From: an uncultured Alphaproteobacteria bacterium
Lineage (GTDB): Bacteria > Pseudomonadota > Alphaproteobacteria > CAAGCB01 > CAG-977
Direction: 5' to 3'
Assembly: GCA_944390195.1 (NCBI GenBank)
Contig: CALXOZ010000002.1
Location: 136,220 to 200,219 of the forward strand
DNA length: 64,000 nucleotides
The position numbers and the translations under genes were made by a program. Of the stretch, positions 17,769 to 27,029 are shown piece after piece. The notes beneath the pieces were generated by a model. That model saw only the letters and a list, made by a program, of their open reading frames with translations. It made no database searches and had not been told where the DNA came from. Each line of letters opens with the position of its first letter. Position 1 is the stretch's first letter.

Positions 17769-18260
17769 ATGACCGTATCCGAATCAAAATCAATTTCAAA
17801 ATCAAACCTAAAAATAGTTGTTTTTGCGCTTATGTTTACTATTATCGGCTATTTTTTCGCCTTTTTAACCGAGCAAAACTGGGAAAACATTCAATACAGT
17901 ACGATGAAATTGCCATTTCCTTTTCCAAGCGGTCTTTTTTATACGATTTGTATTTTGGCTTATTTGTTGCAAGGTGTTTGTATCGGGATTATTTTCAAAC
18001 ATTCCAGAAAGCTGTTTTATGATATAAGCCTTATGTTTTTCTGGGCTCAATTTTGTCTGGTCATTTTATGGTTGCCTCTGTTTTTTGAATTTCATTTTTT
18101 CGGTACAGCTTTATTTGAATTGATAACTGCCTCTATTTTACTGACATTCACATTTGCCTCGTTTAAAAAAGTCAACTTGATAGCGGCTTACCTTCTTCTT
18201 CCTTATGGAGGTTTAATCATCATGTCGATTGCGTTCAACGTTTGGTTTTTTCTTGTATAA
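17769..18260 (+). CDS. TspO/MBR-like five-TM membrane protein (divergent)
   Basis: KLPFPFPSGLFYTICILAYLL, FWAQFCLVILWLPLFFEF and LLLPYGGLIIMSIAFNVWFF align by eye to the TspO motifs KPxWxPP, Q..N.LW.P.FF and PY..W...A..LN. ATG at 17769 has GGAG 8 nt upstream. Confidence 0.55.
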   Translation: MTVSESKSISKSNLKIVVFALMFTIIGYFFAFLTEQNWENIQYSTMKLPFPFPSGLFYTICILAYLLQGVCIGIIFKHSRKLFYDISLMFFWAQFCLVILWLPLFFEFHFFGTALFELITASILLTFTFASFKKVNLIAAYLLLPYGGLIIMSIAFNVWFFLV

Positions 18261-18291
18261 ACTTTTTTATCGCTTCCGGTTAAAAAAAATA

Positions 18292-18306
18292 TTGACTTAA
18301 AGTCAA
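18292..18306. promoter_or_regulatory. perfect 15 bp palindrome TTGACTTAAAGTCAA upstream of larB (candidate operator overlapping a -35-like TTGACT)
   Basis: Seen directly in the sequence, 42 nt upstream of the larB ATG. Half-sites are TTGAC/GTCAA. Confidence 0.35.
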
Positions 18307-18347
18307 GCTTAATTGATATCCTGAAAAAAAGTTCAAAGGAACAGGAT

Positions 18348-19034
18348 ATGAATTCTGAAAATTTTACGGATTTAGGGTTTGCAAAGCTTGACATCAATCG
18401 TGAATCAAGGACGGGTATCAATGAAACTGTCTTTTGCACAGGAAAGACAAAAAAACAGATTTTAGATATTTTTCAAACGTTTAAAAAACAAAATAAATCT
18501 GTTTTAGGAACAAAATGTAGCATCGAGCAATTTGAATTTGTTCATCATGAAATACCTCAAGTGCAATATAATCCGGTTTCCGGAATCATTTGTTTAAAAG
18601 AAAAAGCCCCCCAACGACTTGACGGAAGAATTGCCGTTTGCACAGCCGGAACATCGGATTTGCCGATCGCACAAGAAGCTGTCGATACGGCTGTCTTTCT
18701 AGGAGCAACCGTAGAAAAATACTTTGATATCGGCATAGCAGGGATTCACCGCTTGCTTTCAAAACTGGAGCTCATTCGCAAAGCGGATATCATTATTGCA
18801 GTTGCCGGTATGGATGGAGCCTTACCCGGTGTCATCGCCGGATTAGTTGATCAACCCGTCATCGCAGTCCCCACTTCTGTCGGATATGGTACTTCATTTC
18901 AAGGGGTATCCGCTTTACTGACCATGTTAAACTCCTGTGCCGAAGGCGTTTGCGTCGTTAACATAGACAACGGTTTCGGAGCCGCTGTAACGGCTTGTAA
19001 GATGATAAAACAGATGAAAAGGAAGGATTTATGA
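18348..19034 (+). CDS. larB: nickel-pincer cofactor biosynthesis protein LarB (PurE-like carboxylase/hydrolase)
   Basis: 228 aa with IAVCTAGTSDLPIAQEA and AVAGMDGALPGVIAGLVDQPVIAVPTSVGYG. Confidence 0.85.
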   Translation: MNSENFTDLGFAKLDINRESRTGINETVFCTGKTKKQILDIFQTFKKQNKSVLGTKCSIEQFEFVHHEIPQVQYNPVSGIICLKEKAPQRLDGRIAVCTAGTSDLPIAQEAVDTAVFLGATVEKYFDIGIAGIHRLLSKLELIRKADIIIAVAGMDGALPGVIAGLVDQPVIAVPTSVGYGTSFQGVSALLTMLNSCAEGVCVVNIDNGFGAAVTACKMIKQMKRKDL

Positions 19035-20233
19035 ATAACATTCTTTACTTGGAAGGTTCATGCGGTATCAGCGGAGATATGACTGTCGCCGCTTTGCTGG
19101 ATTTGGGGGCGGATAAAAAGAAATTAGACATTGCCTTAAACAGTTTACCGGAAAAAGAATTCAATTACCAAATTTCTTATAAAAATTCTTATGGCATACG
19201 CGGATGCGATTTTAATGTCGTTCTGCCTTCCTTTTCTCCGGATCATCACCATAATGATCATAAACATCGCTGTTTATCAGATATAAATACGTTGATCGAC
19301 CAAACGGAAATGAGCGGAAAAGCAAAAAAAATTGCTAAAGAAATCTTTTTAGTCATCGCCCGTGCCGAAAGCAAAGCGCACGGTTATTCAATCGATCAGG
19401 TTCATTTCCATGAAGTCGGAGCCATTGATTCAATTGTCGATATCGTTTCTGTCGCGGTTTTAATTGACGATTTACAGATCGATGATTGTATTGTCACAGG
19501 CTTGACTGAAGGTTCGGGCTTCATTCAATGTCAACATGGAGCTTTACCTGTTCCAGTTCCTGCCGTGCTCAATATTGCCCAAGAAAGCGGTATAGCTTTA
19601 CGCCACAGCAATATTCATACCGAGCTGGTAACACCGACGGGAATTGGTATCGCCGCTGTTTTACGAACTCGCGCAACATTACCAGAACAATTTAAAATTA
19701 TAAAAACAGGGGTCGGGTTGGGAAAAAGAGAGATCGGACAAGCCAATATGCTCAGGGCTATGATTATAAAAGACGACGATATAGGTTCTATAAACAATCA
19801 TATTTACGTCATCGAATGCAATATTGATGACGCAAGCGGTGAAGAATTAGGATTTTGTATGGAAAAATTACTGATAGCCGGAGCAAAAGACGTCCATTTT
19901 ATTCCGTGTATCATGAAAAAAAACCGTCCCGCTTATATCCTGAAAGTAATTACCGACAAAGAAAATTTATCAATAATGGAAGATGTTATTTTCCGTTGCA
20001 CTTCGACAATCGGATTACGCAAATATGTCGTCGAAAGAACATGTATGCAACGAACAATGCAACACATACAGGTAAACGGTTGCTCTATTGCTGTTAAAAA
20101 ATGTTTTTTAAATGATATTGTGCGTTATTACCCTGAATACGACAGTGTCAAAGCTGCCGCCGAAAAAACAGGCTGTTCTTTCAGAGAGCTTTATCAAAAA
20201 GCCGCCTTACAAGCAAAAGAACAAGATGAATAA
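19031..20233 (+). CDS. larC: nickel insertion protein LarC (DUF111)
   Basis: 400 aa with ILYLEGSCGISGDMTVAALLDLGAD and HFHEVGAIDSIVDIV, plus a His-rich patch PDHHHNDHKH. Overlaps larB by 4 nt. Single uninterrupted ORF. Confidence 0.88.
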   Translation: MNNILYLEGSCGISGDMTVAALLDLGADKKKLDIALNSLPEKEFNYQISYKNSYGIRGCDFNVVLPSFSPDHHHNDHKHRCLSDINTLIDQTEMSGKAKKIAKEIFLVIARAESKAHGYSIDQVHFHEVGAIDSIVDIVSVAVLIDDLQIDDCIVTGLTEGSGFIQCQHGALPVPVPAVLNIAQESGIALRHSNIHTELVTPTGIGIAAVLRTRATLPEQFKIIKTGVGLGKREIGQANMLRAMIIKDDDIGSINNHIYVIECNIDDASGEELGFCMEKLLIAGAKDVHFIPCIMKKNRPAYILKVITDKENLSIMEDVIFRCTSTIGLRKYVVERTCMQRTMQHIQVNGCSIAVKKCFLNDIVRYYPEYDSVKAAAEKTGCSFRELYQKAALQAKEQDE

Positions 20234-21077
20234 GACAATTTCACTTTTAAAAGATTTTCTTCGTCCGTTATGCCCAAAAGGGATTGCGCTTGCTTTTTCC
20301 GGCGGTGTCGACAGTACTTTATTGCTTGCCGTATTAAGTGAATTAAAAAAAGAACAACCTTTTAATTTTATGGTTTTTTACATTCAATCCGTTTTTCAAA
20401 ATGAAAAAGAAATTGAAACAATTAATTCTATTTGCCGTGGTTATAATACAATCCCCATATTACTGCACACTAATCCCCTTTCCGTTCCAGAAATAAAAAA
20501 CAATACTCTTCAACGTTGCTACTTTTGTAAAAAAGACATGTTCATCTGCATCTCTAAGTCGGCACAAGAAAAGGGTATTCATACAGTTATTGACGGAACG
20601 AATGCCGACGATATGAAGACGTTTCGCCCCGGTCTGAAAGCTTTACAAGAACTTCATATATTATCACCTTTAGCTGTTTTGGGGATTTCAAAAAAGATGA
20701 TACGGGAAACAGCCGTTCAAATGGGATTAAAAAATGCTTTGAAACCCTCTGTGCCTTGTTGTGCGACACGCTTTGAATACAATACCGAACTGAATATGCA
20801 AATGCTCCAGCGGATAAAATCCGCTGAAAACTTTTTGTATAAACTTTTTCCGCAAACATGCAATATCAGATTGCGCGTTCACAATAATATAGCCCGCATT
20901 GAAATTGATCGTGAAAACTTTGCTTCAGTCCTTCAATATGCACAAAAGATAACACAAGCTTTAAAAGAAATCGGATTTTCTTATGTCGTCCTCGATTTGG
21001 AAGGTTTCCGTTCCGGCAGTATGGATATAACCGGAGATTTTTATCAAAAACAGATTATCACTCGATCAGAGTTGTAA
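20226..21077 (+). CDS. larE: ATP-dependent sulfur transferase LarE (PP-loop ATP pyrophosphatase)
   Basis: PP-loop ALAFSGGVDSTLLL, and Cys motifs RCYFCKK and PCCATRF. ATG at 20226 (MNKTISLL) overlaps the larC stop by 8 nt. The upstream extension in the track lies inside larC. Confidence 0.85.
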   Translation: MNKTISLLKDFLRPLCPKGIALAFSGGVDSTLLLAVLSELKKEQPFNFMVFYIQSVFQNEKEIETINSICRGYNTIPILLHTNPLSVPEIKNNTLQRCYFCKKDMFICISKSAQEKGIHTVIDGTNADDMKTFRPGLKALQELHILSPLAVLGISKKMIRETAVQMGLKNALKPSVPCCATRFEYNTELNMQMLQRIKSAENFLYKLFPQTCNIRLRVHNNIARIEIDRENFASVLQYAQKITQALKEIGFSYVVLDLEGFRSGSMDITGDFYQKQIITRSEL

Positions 21078-21135
21078 ACCGGATTTACTTATGTCGCCCT
21101 CGAGTTGAAAAGCTTCCATTCCGACAGTGAAGATT
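21078..21135 (+). pseudogene. relic duplicate of the larE 3' end
   Basis: ccggatttacttatgtcgccctcgagttgaaaagcttccattccgacagtgaagat aligns to larE 20971-21026 (tcggattttcttatgtcgtcctcgatttggaaggtttccgttccggcagtatggat). About 43 of 56 nt are identical. The peptides are GFTYVALELKSFHSDSED versus GFSYVVLDLEGFRSGSMD. Confidence 0.6.
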
Positions 21136-21479
21136 GTCACAAAAAGATAACTTGTATCCTGTTCTGAAAATCATTCTTAAAAAGATTGTTACAATTCAAA
21201 CCAACTGTCATAAATTCTTTTATGTAAATTTTTCTTTTTCAAAAGAACATCTCCTGTTTTTCAAAAACTCTTCTTGAAAAAAAGCATAATTAAAACATTA
21301 TCTGCTTTTTTCGATTTAAAACAAATTCAAAGGAATATACACTTTAACTGCCACTAAATGATCCGATGTTTTCCTGTAAAAACAGCAATCAATTCAAAAG
21401 AAATCAACTTAAGGGGAGAACGTTTTTCTTTCGATAACAAAGCGCTCCTGCCGATTTCTTTATAAATGAGGAGGATTTG

Positions 21480-21545
21480 ATGTCTTTTGAAAACTCCTCA
21501 TCCAAGATTGATTTACTCGTTTCATTTATATTTCAATTATCTTAA
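21480..21545 (+). CDS. candidate 21-aa small ORF (MSFENSSSKIDLLVSFIFQLS) with a strong SD; speculative
   Basis: AGGAGG at 21469-21474 lies 5 nt before the ATG. atgaggag (21466-21473) can pair with ctcctcat (21494-21501), which would sequester the SD and start codon. Confidence 0.2.
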   Translation: MSFENSSSKIDLLVSFIFQLS

Positions 21546-21955
21546 ATCTTGGGAAACCAACAGATTTGTATACTTATCTTTAGCGAAATACATCTTTAAA
21601 ATAACTTATTGAACATCACATAAAACATATTTTTGCAGAAAAAGCGGTACCTCATCGATAAATCACATTTTTTTATCCAATTTACTCAAAATCCTATGTT
21701 TTACTTTTAACTTCTCATTGACTGTTCAAGTTATACATTTTTTTTAATTCTGGTTGTAATTCAAGTCTATTAATAAATAAAAACACCATCACCTTGAATT
21801 TTAATGTTTTCCGCTCCGACAAATTTTATTCTATCAAAGAATTTAGTCATAAAGCTTTAATCACTTTACTCAAGACGGCAATGATTTCATCAAAGAATTT
21901 TTTTACATGGATTCAAACTGCTCTGAACTATGAACCAGTTTGGAACTTCTTTTAT

Positions 21956-21986
21956 ATAAAAACACCGCCTTTTTAAGGCGGTGTTT
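21956..21986 (-). terminator. rho-independent terminator of the 21995-22582 gene
   Basis: aaacaccgcc-tttttaa-ggcggtgttt forms a 10 bp perfect stem. On the minus strand it is followed by a T-run. Confidence 0.7.
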
Positions 21987-21994
21987 AAAAGATT

Positions 21995-22582
21995 TTACTT
22001 GGAAGAAATTAAATTCAAGGAATTTCCAATCAAATTATCATAGGATAACCCAGTTTCTGTTTCGAACTGGTCAAGCACCAATTTAGCCCCTTTGGAGAAA
22101 GGATCGTTTTGGCGTTCCAAGTCTTGCATAGCTTTAAAAATCCGATCACGGACAGCTCCCGGAGCAGCTTTCACTCTGTCTTCAAAAGTTGTCGGGATTT
22201 GGTAGCCCATATTACGAAGATGTTGGGTAATGGCTAAGATATTATGCATATTGACTTCGGGAGCGGTAGCCCGTTGACCGTAGTCTTTTCCCCAAGTTGT
22301 CATTTCTCCGGTAAATTCTGGCATTTTAGTATTCCAGATATTACTACTTCCGCCTTCGTATGTAGGCTGATAAGGTTGAGATCCATAAACAACAGGTCCG
22401 ACTTGTTGGACTTGCATAACATTGGTATTTGTCGCACTTGTTTGGACATTATTTACTGTAGGCGCAGTAGCCCACGGGTCTGTCGGCAATGTTTGCGCTC
22501 GAACACCAGAACCAACCAACATCCCCGTCAGTAAAAACGCTGTTGTCAAACAACATATTGTTTTGTTTTGAGTTCTTTTCAT
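21995..22582 (-). CDS. secreted hypothetical protein
   Basis: MKRTQNKTICCLTTAFLLTGMLVGSGVRAQT is signal-peptide-like. I use the internal ATG at 22582 rather than the track start at 22666. No family recognised. Confidence 0.5.
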   Translation of the reverse strand: MKRTQNKTICCLTTAFLLTGMLVGSGVRAQTLPTDPWATAPTVNNVQTSATNTNVMQVQQVGPVVYGSQPYQPTYEGGSSNIWNTKMPEFTGEMTTWGKDYGQRATAPEVNMHNILAITQHLRNMGYQIPTTFEDRVKAAPGAVRDRIFKAMQDLERQNDPFSKGAKLVLDQFETETGLSYDNLIGNSLNLISSK

Positions 22583-22742
22583 TGCACCCCTCGCCGATAA
22601 AATTCCACCTTTATTTAATAGATTACTCCTTTTTATGAAAAAGGAATAGTTACAAATATATGTCATTTATATTTTTTCCTGAAAAAACACAAAAAATCAT
22701 TACTTTTCAAGATGTTACACTTTATTCAAGAGATCATTACCT

Positions 22743-24122
22743 TTACATTCTTTTCCATTGCGTGCCAGTATTCGTGTCTTCGATCACGATTCCTTGGTCT
22801 GCCAATTGCTTCCGTACAGCATCGGCAGTTTTAAAATCTTTTATTTTTCGCGCTTCGGAACGTTTCTTTATTAGAAGTTCTATTTCCGATTCGCTTATTC
22901 CTTGTTTTGATCCGGAAGCGAACCGAAACCAATGTTCAGGATCTTGAAACAGCAACCCCAACAAATGAGCGGAAACAAGCAACTCTTTTTTAATTGCCTT
23001 TTTTTCCTCTTCCGTATCCGCTTTGTTCAAAGCGGTTACCATCATATGCAATTTTGCTATCGCCTTTGGTGTGTTCAAGTCGTCTTTCAAAGCGTCCAAG
23101 ACTTCAACATCCGGCGTGATTCCTTGCAAATCGACATCAGGAGTTGTGCGCAAAGCAGTATAAAACCGATCCATTGTCTGTTTTGCCTGTTTTAAGCCGT
23201 CTTCTTGCCAATTTAACGGTTGATGATAATGCGTTCCCAAAGTATACAGACGAACAGCTTCTCCGGGGACTTGATCCAGAATTTCACGAATAGTGAAAAA
23301 ATTTCCCAAAGACTTTGACATTTTTTCACCGTTTACCATCAGATGTCCGTTATGTAACCAATATTTTGCATAAAAGTCATGTCCGAAAGCACAACAGGAT
23401 TGAGCTATTTCATTTTCATGATGAGGAAAGATCAAATCTTGTCCACCGCCATGGATATCGAACGTTTCGCCAAGATATTTACTGCTCATTGCCGAACATT
23501 CCAAATGCCAACCGGGCCGACCGAATCCCCATGGACTATCCCACCCTGGTTGAGTGTCATCGGAAGGTTTCCATAATATGAAATCCCCCGGCTCTTTCTT
23601 GTAAGGAGCGACTTCGATTCTGGCTCCTGCGATCATTTCATCCATCGACCTGCCGGACAGCATACCGTAATTTTTCATTTTTGAAACACTGAACAAGACG
23701 TGCCCTTGAGCTTCATAAGCGTAGCCGTTATCTATCAAGCGTTGAACTAAATCAATCATTTCCGAGATATGTTGTGTCGCGCATGGTTCTATATCCGGCG
23801 GCAAAGCGTTTAATTCGGCAATGTCTTCATGGAAAAAATGCGTTGTTTTTTGTGTGATAACATCTATCGGTTCTCCGCTTTCCTGAGATTTTTTTATAAT
23901 TTTATCATCCACATCGGTAATGTTTCTGACATAAGTTACTTTTGGATAGAGATGCTTCAGCAAACGATATAACGTATCAAAAACAATGATCGGACGGGCA
24001 TTTCCGATATGAGCACGATCATAAACGGTCGGACCGCAAACATACATACGGATATGATTTTCATCCAACGGGACGAAAAGTTCTTTTTTGCGTGTTAAAG
24101 TATTAAATACACTTAAATTCAT
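22743..24122 (-). CDS. cysS: cysteine--tRNA ligase
   Basis: HIGN (RAHIGNARP) and KMSKSLGN motifs are present. I start at [14 protein letters not shown] (24122), 4-5 nt after the gltX stop. Confidence 0.93.
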   Translation of the reverse strand: MNLSVFNTLTRKKELFVPLDENHIRMYVCGPTVYDRAHIGNARPIIVFDTLYRLLKHLYPKVTYVRNITDVDDKIIKKSQESGEPIDVITQKTTHFFHEDIAELNALPPDIEPCATQHISEMIDLVQRLIDNGYAYEAQGHVLFSVSKMKNYGMLSGRSMDEMIAGARIEVAPYKKEPGDFILWKPSDDTQPGWDSPWGFGRPGWHLECSAMSSKYLGETFDIHGGGQDLIFPHHENEIAQSCCAFGHDFYAKYWLHNGHLMVNGEKMSKSLGNFFTIREILDQVPGEAVRLYTLGTHYHQPLNWQEDGLKQAKQTMDRFYTALRTTPDVDLQGITPDVEVLDALKDDLNTPKAIAKLHMMVTALNKADTEEEKKAIKKELLVSAHLLGLLFQDPEHWFRFASGSKQGISESEIELLIKKRSEARKIKDFKTADAVRKQLADQGIVIEDTNTGTQWKRM

Positions 24123-24126
24123 TTTT

Positions 24127-25476
24127 TTACCCTTGCAAACGCCGGATTGTTTTTTCACGCCCCAAAACAGGCAACAACATTTTTAATTCAGGTCCTTGTT
24201 CTTTACCTGTCAAAGCCAAGCGGATCGGATGGAATAAATCTTTTCCTTTTTTTCCTGTTTTTTCTTTTACAATTGCCATCCAAGAACCGAATGTCGTGTC
24301 ATCGAAATCGCCGGAAGGCAGGAATTCAATAATTTGCCGGCAAAAAGAGCGTTCTTCTTGCGTCAAATTAAATGTAATGTCTGAAAAACAAATTTGTTTC
24401 CATTCGGCAATATCGCCTATTTTATCAATATTCGGGCTGATTGCCTGCCAAAAACTTTCGGATATTTCAGTTTCTCCGCATTGTTTGAGATGAACATTCA
24501 CTTGATCCAAAGGCATGGAACGGACAACACGCGGATTCAGCTTGAACAAATCTTCTGTATCAAAATGAGGCTGAGCTCTGCCAAAACGGGTCAGATCGAA
24601 ATGTCCTGCCAATTCCTGCCAGTCATGACAGACGACAACAGGATCGGACGTTCCCAAACGAGCCAGCAAACTGGCTATTGTCATAGGCTCGATCCCTTGT
24701 TCCCGCAACTCTCTGGAGCTTATGGATCCAAGACGTTTTGACAACTTTCCTTCCCGTCCTGTCAACAAAGGCGGATGACCGAAAACAGGGACTTTTGCTC
24801 CAAGCGCTTCAAACATCTGAATTTGAACAGCTGTATTTGTTACATGGTCTTCCCCCCGAATGATATGGGTAATGCCGAAATCGACATCGTCTATAACAGA
24901 GGGCAACATATAAGGAAAAGTTCCATCTTCGCGCATAATGATAGGATCGCTCAAATGAGCACCGTTATAACTGCAATGACCGCGGACAAGATCATCCCAA
25001 CACGTTTCTTTATGTGCCAACATAAACCTGTAATGGGGTTTACGACCTTCCCTTTCTAATTTTTCTTTTTCCTCTTCGGACAATTTCAATCCGGCGCGGT
25101 CGTAAACCGGAGGCAATCCCCTTGCCCGTTGACGCCGGCGTTTATATTCCAATTCTTCAGCCGTTTCATAACAGGCATAAACCAATCCGCGTTGCTTAAA
25201 ATCTTCCAAGACTTGATGATAACGATCCAAACGTTTTGATTGGTGTTCCAATCGATCCCAATCAATTCCAAGCCAACGCATATCTTCATACACGGCTTGT
25301 TCATATTCAGGCTTTGAACGTTCTGTATCCGTATCATCCATACGCAGGACGAATGAAAAATCTTCGCCTGAGGACTTTTTTTGACTCAAGGCGAAAAGAT
25401 AATTTAATAATGCGGTACGCAAATTCCCGATATGCATATATCCCGTCGGGCTGGGAGCAAAACGAACAATAATCAC
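24127..25476 (-). CDS. gltX: glutamate--tRNA ligase
   Basis: VIIVRFAPSPTGYMHIGNLRTAL and KLSKR motifs are present. I prefer GTG at 25476, 4 nt after the nadE stop. The longer track ORF would overlap nadE by about 175 nt. Confidence 0.88.
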   Translation of the reverse strand: MIIVRFAPSPTGYMHIGNLRTALLNYLFALSQKKSSGEDFSFVLRMDDTDTERSKPEYEQAVYEDMRWLGIDWDRLEHQSKRLDRYHQVLEDFKQRGLVYACYETAEELEYKRRRQRARGLPPVYDRAGLKLSEEEKEKLEREGRKPHYRFMLAHKETCWDDLVRGHCSYNGAHLSDPIIMREDGTFPYMLPSVIDDVDFGITHIIRGEDHVTNTAVQIQMFEALGAKVPVFGHPPLLTGREGKLSKRLGSISSRELREQGIEPMTIASLLARLGTSDPVVVCHDWQELAGHFDLTRFGRAQPHFDTEDLFKLNPRVVRSMPLDQVNVHLKQCGETEISESFWQAISPNIDKIGDIAEWKQICFSDITFNLTQEERSFCRQIIEFLPSGDFDDTTFGSWMAIVKEKTGKKGKDLFHPIRLALTGKEQGPELKMLLPVLGREKTIRRLQG

Positions 25477-25480
25477 GTTT

Positions 25481-26959
25481 TTAAACCTTTTTGGTAATTG
25501 GGTAATGCCAGTCGCCATTAAAAGAACGGCGGGACAGTTTAATTCCCGGCGCCTCTTGGACGCGCTTAAATTCAGCACGATGCAACAAAGCATACACTTT
25601 ATGGACATCAGCCGGATCATACCCTTCGGCAATGACTTCTTCCACACCGGCATCATTTTCGATTAATAATTTTAAAATAGCATCCAACACTTCATAAGCG
25701 GGAAGCGAATCCTGATCTTTTTGACCGGGGCGCAATTCAGCGGAAGGCGCTTTTGTTATCAAACGCTCCGGCATAATTTGTTTAATATCGTTTTTTATCC
25801 AAAGCGGATGATTGGCATTACGCCAACGCGCCAAAGCATAAGCGTCGGTTTTGTACAAATCGTTAATGGGAGAAAAACCGCCGCAAGTATCACCATATAA
25901 TGTCGAATAACCGACTGCTGTTTCAGACTTATTTCCTGTTGAAAGCAACAAATCTCCGAACTTATTGGATAAAGCCATCAGAAGAACGCCACGCAAACGC
26001 GCCTGAAGGTTTTCTTCTGTTACATCGGGATTACGTCCTTTAAAAACGGGAGCTAACAAATCATTGAAACAGGCGAAAGGTTGCACGATTGGCAAAATAT
26101 CGTAACGGATACCCAACATTTCCGCGACGGCTTGAGCATCATCCAAGCTGTCTTTGGAAGTGTATTCGGACGGCATCATAACGCCACGGACTTTATCCGC
26201 CCCCAATGCATCAACGGCTATTGCCGCGCACAAAGCGCTGTCAAAACCGCCGGACAAACCGAGGATAACCCCTTTAAACCCGTTTTTACGGACGAAATCC
26301 CCGACTCCCATAGTCAAAGCGCGCCATGTATTTTCCGGTTCCGACGTCCACGGCCATGAAACTTGGTCTACACTTGCGACACCGGTTTCCCACAGAGGCA
26401 AACATTCAATGAAACCTCCATCCAGATCCAACATGAAGGATCCTCCCGGATAGACTGCGCTGTCGTTAGCCCCGACAAGGTTGGTATAAATCAGCGGCAA
26501 ACGGATACGAGTCGCAAACGTTCTGGAGTGTTCCAGTATTTCTGTTACGGAACCGCTACGGAAAGCTCTGGCATCCAAGACGATTAGTTTATCGGATCCT
26601 TCACAATTCACAGGTTCGAAGCCGACTGAAACGGCAACGGTTCGACCGTCGATTGTAAAGCGGTTACCGTAATGAACACCTTTTTCATTCAACAAAACAG
26701 GCGTTGCTCCACCGGCACCATCGGGTATAGCTGTCAATATTTCGCGGTTGTTATGATAGACTTCCGACAATTTTTTATGGACTTGCGCCATAAACGACTT
26801 TGAAAAAGCCAGATCCCCCAACGGCCAGCCCGTCAAAGCATATGCCGGTAAAATCAATGTTTCACCTTGGCAATGAGGGCATTGTTCAGCCGCCCAATGA
26901 ATTAGCTTCAGATTGCCATCCAGATCGCCTGCAATGGGATTTAACTGTGCAATAAGCAT
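25481..26959 (-). CDS. nadE: NAD+ synthase with an N-terminal CN-hydrolase-like domain that looks catalytically degenerate
   Basis: PP-loop GLSGGFDSALCA, SEYTS, and a synthetase C-terminal half are present. The N-terminal ~205 aa resemble the glutaminase domain, but the motifs are altered (see finding). Confidence 0.85.
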   Translation of the reverse strand: MLIAQLNPIAGDLDGNLKLIHWAAEQCPHCQGETLILPAYALTGWPLGDLAFSKSFMAQVHKKLSEVYHNNREILTAIPDGAGGATPVLLNEKGVHYGNRFTIDGRTVAVSVGFEPVNCEGSDKLIVLDARAFRSGSVTEILEHSRTFATRIRLPLIYTNLVGANDSAVYPGGSFMLDLDGGFIECLPLWETGVASVDQVSWPWTSEPENTWRALTMGVGDFVRKNGFKGVILGLSGGFDSALCAAIAVDALGADKVRGVMMPSEYTSKDSLDDAQAVAEMLGIRYDILPIVQPFACFNDLLAPVFKGRNPDVTEENLQARLRGVLLMALSNKFGDLLLSTGNKSETAVGYSTLYGDTCGGFSPINDLYKTDAYALARWRNANHPLWIKNDIKQIMPERLITKAPSAELRPGQKDQDSLPAYEVLDAILKLLIENDAGVEEVIAEGYDPADVHKVYALLHRAEFKRVQEAPGIKLSRRSFNGDWHYPITKKV

Positions 26960-27029
26960 AAAAAAACCTCTGTTATTAAATATTTTTTTTCAGTTTATAA
27001 CTGTTTTTCATGTAATACCATAAAAAAAC

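Noticed and set aside
21794-21976. 60-aa plus-strand ORF in the gene desert
   Set aside because: Starts with TTG and has no SD. Its Phe/Lys/Asn-rich composition mirrors the AT-rich DNA, and it runs into the terminator of the opposing gene.
25477-25656. N-terminal extension of the gltX ORF (track start 25656)
   Set aside because: It would overlap the 3' end of nadE by about 175 nt. GltX proteins normally begin a few residues before the RFAPSPTG motif, and a GTG at 25476 sits 4 nt after the nadE stop.
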